Under the pieces are notes generated by a model. That model did not search any database and was not told the origin of the DNA. It saw only the letters and a list, made by a program, of their open reading frames with translations. Shown here in pieces: positions 59,233 to 64,000 of a stretch of DNA of 64,000 nucleotides (within the stretch, counting starts at the first letter, position 1; each line of letters begins with the position of its first letter). A program made the position numbers and the translations under genes. The DNA is from an uncultured Verrucomicrobiae bacterium (GTDB taxonomy: Bacteria; Verrucomicrobiota; Verrucomicrobiia; Chthoniobacterales; Chthoniobacteraceae), in the NCBI GenBank assembly GCA_963828525.1, contig CAWHEP010000001.1, forward strand, positions 128,001-192,000, read 5' to 3'.

Positions 59233-60792
59233 CTATCGCTGCCGCTTTTCAAGGTCCCGCGTTGAACTCGTAACACCGCCGTCCATGAGGAGGCGGCGTT
59301 CCTTGGAACGTGTCTCACCGATCGCGGTGACGCGGATCGCCGCTTCATCGGTCACGGGGCACTCGTGCTCGCAAATGCCGCAGCCAATGCATAAGGCGGG
59401 ATCGACGTAGGGTCGGCGAAGGGTAATCTCGGTGCCGTCTCTCTTTGTAATAGTGACCTCTCGCGAGAAAATCGCTTTTGGCGACACCGGGCAGACTTCC
59501 TCGCACACCACGCAGGGAGTTTCCATACTCCACGGCAGGCAGCGACCGTGGTCGTAAAATGCGGTGCCCAAGCGGACAGGCCCTTGAGCGGCAAACTGGC
59601 CTACCCCGGTCTTTTCCTCGATGGAGATGCGTTGGATTGCTCCAGTGGGACAGGCATCTCCGCAAAGCGTGCAGTTAAGTTCGCAGTACCCAATCTTGTT
59701 ATTCAGGATTGGTGTCCACATCCCCTCAAGCCCCGCTGCGAAAATGGCGGGCTGAAGCACATTCGTCGGGCACACGCGGATGCACTGGTCGCACTTGATG
59801 CACCGTTCAAGGAAGTCCTTTTCTTCTACCGATCCAGGCGGGCGAATGACTTTCTTGTCATAGTCCCGATCCTGCGCTCCGGAAGCCCGGCCAAATCCGA
59901 AAAAGCTGAACCCAGCAAGCATTCCGACGAAGGCGCGGCGGGCCGGAACAGCCGGCGCGGTGACCTCGTGGGCGAGCGGCGGCATGAACTTAAAGGATAT
60001 GGCGTCCTCCGGGCAGTCCTCGATGCAGTTGAAGCAGACGAAGCACTCGCTCTTGCGGACTTGGGTGTGAGGATCCGAAGCGCCCTCGCAATTCTTCAAG
60101 CACAGGTCACAGTCCACGCACTTGGAAGGATTTCGCTCGATCCGCCAAAGAGCCACCGAGGAGATGGTTCCGAGAAATGCTCCGAGTGGACAAATGACCC
60201 GGCAGAAAAATCTCGGAATGACGACGTTCATGCCCACTAACAGGAAAAGCATGAATCCGATGACCCAAGCGCCTACATGGAAATACTGCCGCACGTAAAA
60301 GGATGAGGGCAGAACCAGGTTGATGGCTGGGAGGATCGCCGTGGTCATCGACCTGTGAAAGAGACAGATGGGATCCAGCAGGCCGATCTGCAGACTTCCG
60401 AAGCAGGCGGCGACAAGCATGGCCGCGAGGATTAGATACTTGATCTGATAGATGCTTCGATAGCGATTTGCCTCGATGCGAACCTTTTCATCACCGCGTC
60501 CCTTTCCGAAAAGCCACCCGATGAAATGATGCAATATGCCGTAGGGACATATCCAATTGCAAAATATGCGCCCGAGCAATACGGAAGGAATTAGGAGCGC
60601 CAGGCTCCAGAGCAACCCCTTGTAAATCGTGTGGGTGGTAATCGCGGTCGCTGTCGCGACAAGCGGGTCCAACTCCAGAAAGAGGGAGATGGGGTATCCT
60701 CCGAGATACCGCAGATCCGAGACAACGACGAAGAAGAGAAAAAGGCTAAAGAAAAAGACCTGCGAGACGCGTCGCGCCGTACGGATTTTCAT
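59233..60792 (-). CDS. Membrane polyferredoxin (NapH/MauN-like plus NapG/MauM-like 4Fe-4S domains)
   Basis: [19 protein letters not shown], multiple CxxCxxCxxxCP, IRPPGS. Confidence 0.88.
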   Translation of the reverse strand: MKIRTARRVSQVFFFSLFLFFVVVSDLRYLGGYPISLFLELDPLVATATAITTHTIYKGLLWSLALLIPSVLLGRIFCNWICPYGILHHFIGWLFGKGRGDEKVRIEANRYRSIYQIKYLILAAMLVAACFGSLQIGLLDPICLFHRSMTTAILPAINLVLPSSFYVRQYFHVGAWVIGFMLFLLVGMNVVIPRFFCRVICPLGAFLGTISSVALWRIERNPSKCVDCDLCLKNCEGASDPHTQVRKSECFVCFNCIEDCPEDAISFKFMPPLAHEVTAPAVPARRAFVGMLAGFSFFGFGRASGAQDRDYDKKVIRPPGSVEEKDFLERCIKCDQCIRVCPTNVLQPAIFAAGLEGMWTPILNNKIGYCELNCTLCGDACPTGAIQRISIEEKTGVGQFAAQGPVRLGTAFYDHGRCLPWSMETPCVVCEEVCPVSPKAIFSREVTITKRDGTEITLRRPYVDPALCIGCGICEHECPVTDEAAIRVTAIGETRSKERRLLMDGGVTSSTRDLEKRQR

Positions 60793-60816
60793 TCAGCTCT
60801 GGAGGGCTTAGCCCCG

Positions 60817-61843
60817 TTAGACCGTAACCTCTTTGTAGAGCGCTTCCTTCCAGTTCTTGTTGCCGAGTCCGCGGTCATGAGCCTTGTGGATGTATGTCAA
60901 CTCAGCGAGGTCACGCTCCAGCAGATGAGTATAACCATAGCTGTCCACGGCAACCATGTCCGTACCGGCCACCACGGTTCCCATCGGCTTGACATCTGAC
61001 AGACGCCCGCCAGTCGGACCGTTCTTCATGAGAACGTTCATGCCATCCAACACGACCAATGTTGGCTTCATCATCAAAGCAAAGTCCGAAACGATACTGT
61101 GAATATGCTGATGAAACTGGTTGCGGCGTCCACCGAGCAGCCCGTACCAGTTCTTCATCGTCATGGACGCATGGCACAAGTTGTGGTCTTTGCACGGCGC
61201 CACCCCTATGACTTTGTTCGCTTTTTTGAAGGGCTCGTGGAAGAAAGTCCAGTTGCGGAGGATTTCCCCATTCAATTGCAAGGGCGAGAAAGAAGCTGTC
61301 TCGGGATACAGCAAGTCCAGGTTCAGGTCGTTGGCCACTGCCCGCAGGCCGCTTTTGAGGAAACATCCTGCCGGGCTGTTGATCGGGTTATCCGCCACAA
61401 TGACTTTCGAAGCGCCTGCTTCGAGCACCAGTCGGGCGACGGCGCGCAAAGCCTCGGGGTGTGTGGTCGCTGCCAGCGCGGGTGAACGGTCAAAAGCCAC
61501 GTTTGGCTTCAGCATGACGATATCACCCTTTTGAATAAAACGCTGCATGCCTCCCAGAGCGCCAATTGCCGCGCGGATTGCTTTATCGTGATCGTCGCCA
61601 TGAGCAATTGCCATGGTCGGCAGAGTCTTTCCGCCATCCAGTTTGTAGCTAGGGAGTTGAAACCCTGTCTCCAGCCTGGAAGCCAGGTACAAAGGCATTG
61701 CGCTGCCAGAGCTTAAGGCCGGTAGCAACCGAACCCGCGGCGAGCGCGCTGGCCGCGCCAGCGCGTATTAGGAACTCGCGACGGCTGATGGTTTGCGCGT
61801 CTCCGTTGTCGCTGTTTTGACCGGGTTCCAATTTATCGTCCAT
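60817..61843 (-). CDS. Tat-signal DUF362 protein (frameshift near 61670)
   Basis: SRREFL Tat motif in ORF 61649-61843. GGM..F...LKPN, TTHP, MKNWYGL and D.VAVD in ORF 60817-61728. Confidence 0.82.
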
Positions 61844-61882
61844 GAAAAGGTGTCTTTCTCGTAGCGGCAGCGTCTGTAGCGG

Positions 61883-63083
61883 TTACTTTAGCAAACCTTG
61901 CAGAAATTGCTCGACAAATCGTTCCGCTGTAGACTCGTCCGTTGAGTCAACAACGCCGCCAATCTCCCCGCCCCGCTGGAAAATGACCTTTGAAGTGCCG
62001 AAATTTTCCGCTTTGAACACTTTGGCGTTTCCCAACGGTGGCATCTCGGCGGCTTTTCCTCCAAAACGACCGCAGAATGCCAGGTAAGATTTCCACCCGT
62101 TCGTCGCGGCCTCCGGGGAAGTTGCCATAATAAAAAACGATACCTTCTTTCCTTCGAAGTTGTAGCTCGCTTGAAAGACGTTCTTCAGGAAGTCCTGCCC
62201 TTGAGCATCCTCCTGGATAAACGTGACGCTTTCTGGTATCAGTCCGGCTGAAGGGAGCCGCCTTCTGGCATCCAGTCCTCCATCATCGATTGGCAGCGCC
62301 TTGGCGCGGTCAAGCGCGACGGCTTTGGCGAGTTCAATCGTGCGAGGCTTCTGATCGGAGGCGATGATCTGCTCATAGACCGCTCCCTGTCGGAAGTAGA
62401 AACCCAATTCCCCGGAGTATCCATCCTTAGCGAAATCGATCTCCTTCCCATGAGGATCGCGTTCGAGCGCAAAGATGCCAAAAGCATTCGTGGGCGTGTC
62501 CATCTTGTATTCATAGACATCGATGAAACTTCCCCCAGATCCCTCGATCTCGAACGAGCGGCTGCGAAGCTGCTGAACGTTAAAGCCCTGGTAAGCGGGC
62601 GCTCGACCGTCGATCTTTTGAAAGAGTGTATCGGACGAATAAAACTCGGTGTCGGACATCGGTTTGAGACCGCCAACCGCGATGACGAGAGGATCGCCTT
62701 TTACCGGCGCGGCTGGGACTGAGCCTTCCTCTCCTTCCGAGGCTGGGGCGCTTTCCTGAGCGATCTTTGCCTTAGGCGAGGGAGTGGGCGGGGCTGTGTG
62801 GCTGCTTGGGGCGCCATCCTCTGCGGCGGTTCCAGGCCTTAGAGTCGCTGCCTTGCCGTCCACTGCGGCCGCCGTGGAACTAAGCGCGTCCGTCCTCAGG
62901 CTGAAAATATTCGGGTCGAAATGCCTGCCTTTGATGCCGACAGCCACTCCGATGCCAGCAATGAGGCAAACGATGAGAATGCTGAGGATTCGCTCGAACA
63001 GAGAGACCTTCGAGCGCGTAAACGAACTTCGGCTGCCCTTTCTTTTCTGAGGGGGCGCTGTAGAGCCTGGGGGGGGGCGGCAT
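61883..63083 (-). CDS. Membrane-anchored periplasmic protein (DUF6599-like), frameshift in G9 tract 63069-63077
   Basis: LFQKIDGRA..Y, NAFGIF..ER. The TM anchor ILSILIVCLIAGIGV is in frame upstream of the annotated GTG, and ATG 63083 joins it if the tract is G8. Confidence 0.65.
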
Positions 63084-63113
63084 TGCTTTCTGACTGCGTC
63101 TGCCCGCGAAACT

Positions 63114-64000
63114 TTACGCGAAATAACGCGAGGCTCGCCTCAGGATTTCAGGATAGTCAGTCCGAAAGGCGCATGCGTTGCGCAGAGCGGCAAGCTCACC
63201 ATCGGACGCGTCGCGTCGCTCTGCGGGAAGCGCGAGGTAAGAGGCCTTGGCATCGAGGCTTCCATCCTGCTCATAGTAGGTGACGTATCGCGAGATATCA
63301 TGGAAAGCCAGCGCGGAAACCGCGCTTTGTGCTTCACAGGCGGGGCAACCAGGGCACATCGTCCGCCGCCCTGCCAGGATCGTCTCCTTCAACAGGTTCA
63401 TGTGAGCCTGCTTCAAGGGGCGCTTGTATTCGCGCGCCGCCTTGCTGCTATTCTCCATCTGCTCGACATTATCAATGTTATTGCACACAGCGGAGATGCG
63501 CGGGTCGCTCCAAACGGAATGGAGAACGGCTTGGTGAACCGTGAGTCCGATTTTGTCAAACTCCGGCAGCCGTTTCGGAACGTCACTCGCTGTCCGCATG
63601 GTCTTCATCGCAACCAAGCCAATCCCTGCCTTGTGGCAGGCATCCAACGCGAGGTCGAAGCCATCGCCCTTTTGGAAGAAAGGGGTGTACTTCAGCATGA
63701 TGATGTCCACAAACCCGCCCTGCGCCGCGGCGTTGAGATAATCCGTGAGCTGACCGTCGTGGCAGGAGAAACCGACCATTTTCACCTTGCCCGAATCCTT
63801 AAGCTGCGCGGCAACCTTTCTGAACGCGTCGCTTTTGGGCCATTCGAGAGATTGGGGCCCGTATTCACGCGGCCCAATTCCATGAATGTAAAATGCGTCG
63901 AGGTACTTGGTGCCGATAGCCTCCAGGCGCCGGTCGATCATCTCGAGCATCTGCTCTGGACCTTGATGAGGATGATCCTTTGATACGATGAAACACTCAC
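63114..64000 (-). CDS. Aldo/keto reductase with C-terminal Cys motif (5' end outside the window)
   Basis: YLDAFYIHG, VGFSCH, GLVAMK, CPGCPAC. Confidence 0.82.
   Translation of the reverse strand, partial: ECFIVSKDHPHQGPEQMLEMIDRRLEAIGTKYLDAFYIHGIGPREYGPQSLEWPKSDAFRKVAAQLKDSGKVKMVGFSCHDGQLTDYLNAAAQGGFVDIIMLKYTPFFQKGDGFDLALDACHKAGIGLVAMKTMRTASDVPKRLPEFDKIGLTVHQAVLHSVWSDPRISAVCNNIDNVEQMENSSKAAREYKRPLKQAHMNLLKETILAGRRTMCPGCPACEAQSAVSALAFHDISRYVTYYEQDGSLDAKASYLALPAERRDASDGELAALRNACAFRTDYPEILRRASRYFA

Overview
GC-rich bacterial chromosome segment. Gene content (HTH_17-REC regulator beside trmB, RsmA-NUDIX fusion, bamA-skp-lpxD, MoxR/DUF58/BatA cluster) suggests Verrucomicrobiota, probably Chthoniobacterales; this is inference. 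Housekeeping blocks (0-12.6 kb and 27.3-44 kb) flank a roughly 14.5 kb accessory stretch downstream of tRNA-Val(GAC). That stretch carries GH2, a C5 DNA methyltransferase coupled to a DUF4928-like gene, GNAT, GH92, a decayed CheB, a KaiC-like ATPase with a hybrid kinase, and an FeS (6-4)-type photolyase. Further right are a copper operon led by a Cys-rich ORF ending in TGPP/HAPP (candidate arrest-peptide regulator), a MoxR cluster and an AKR/DUF362/polyferredoxin redox operon. A 6S-like RNA candidate lies at about 970-1140 (-). Five genes have frameshifts, mostly at short homopolymers, which looks like long-read indel error. I found no CRISPR array, rRNA, integrase or intact transposase. All family calls come from motif recognition, not database searches.
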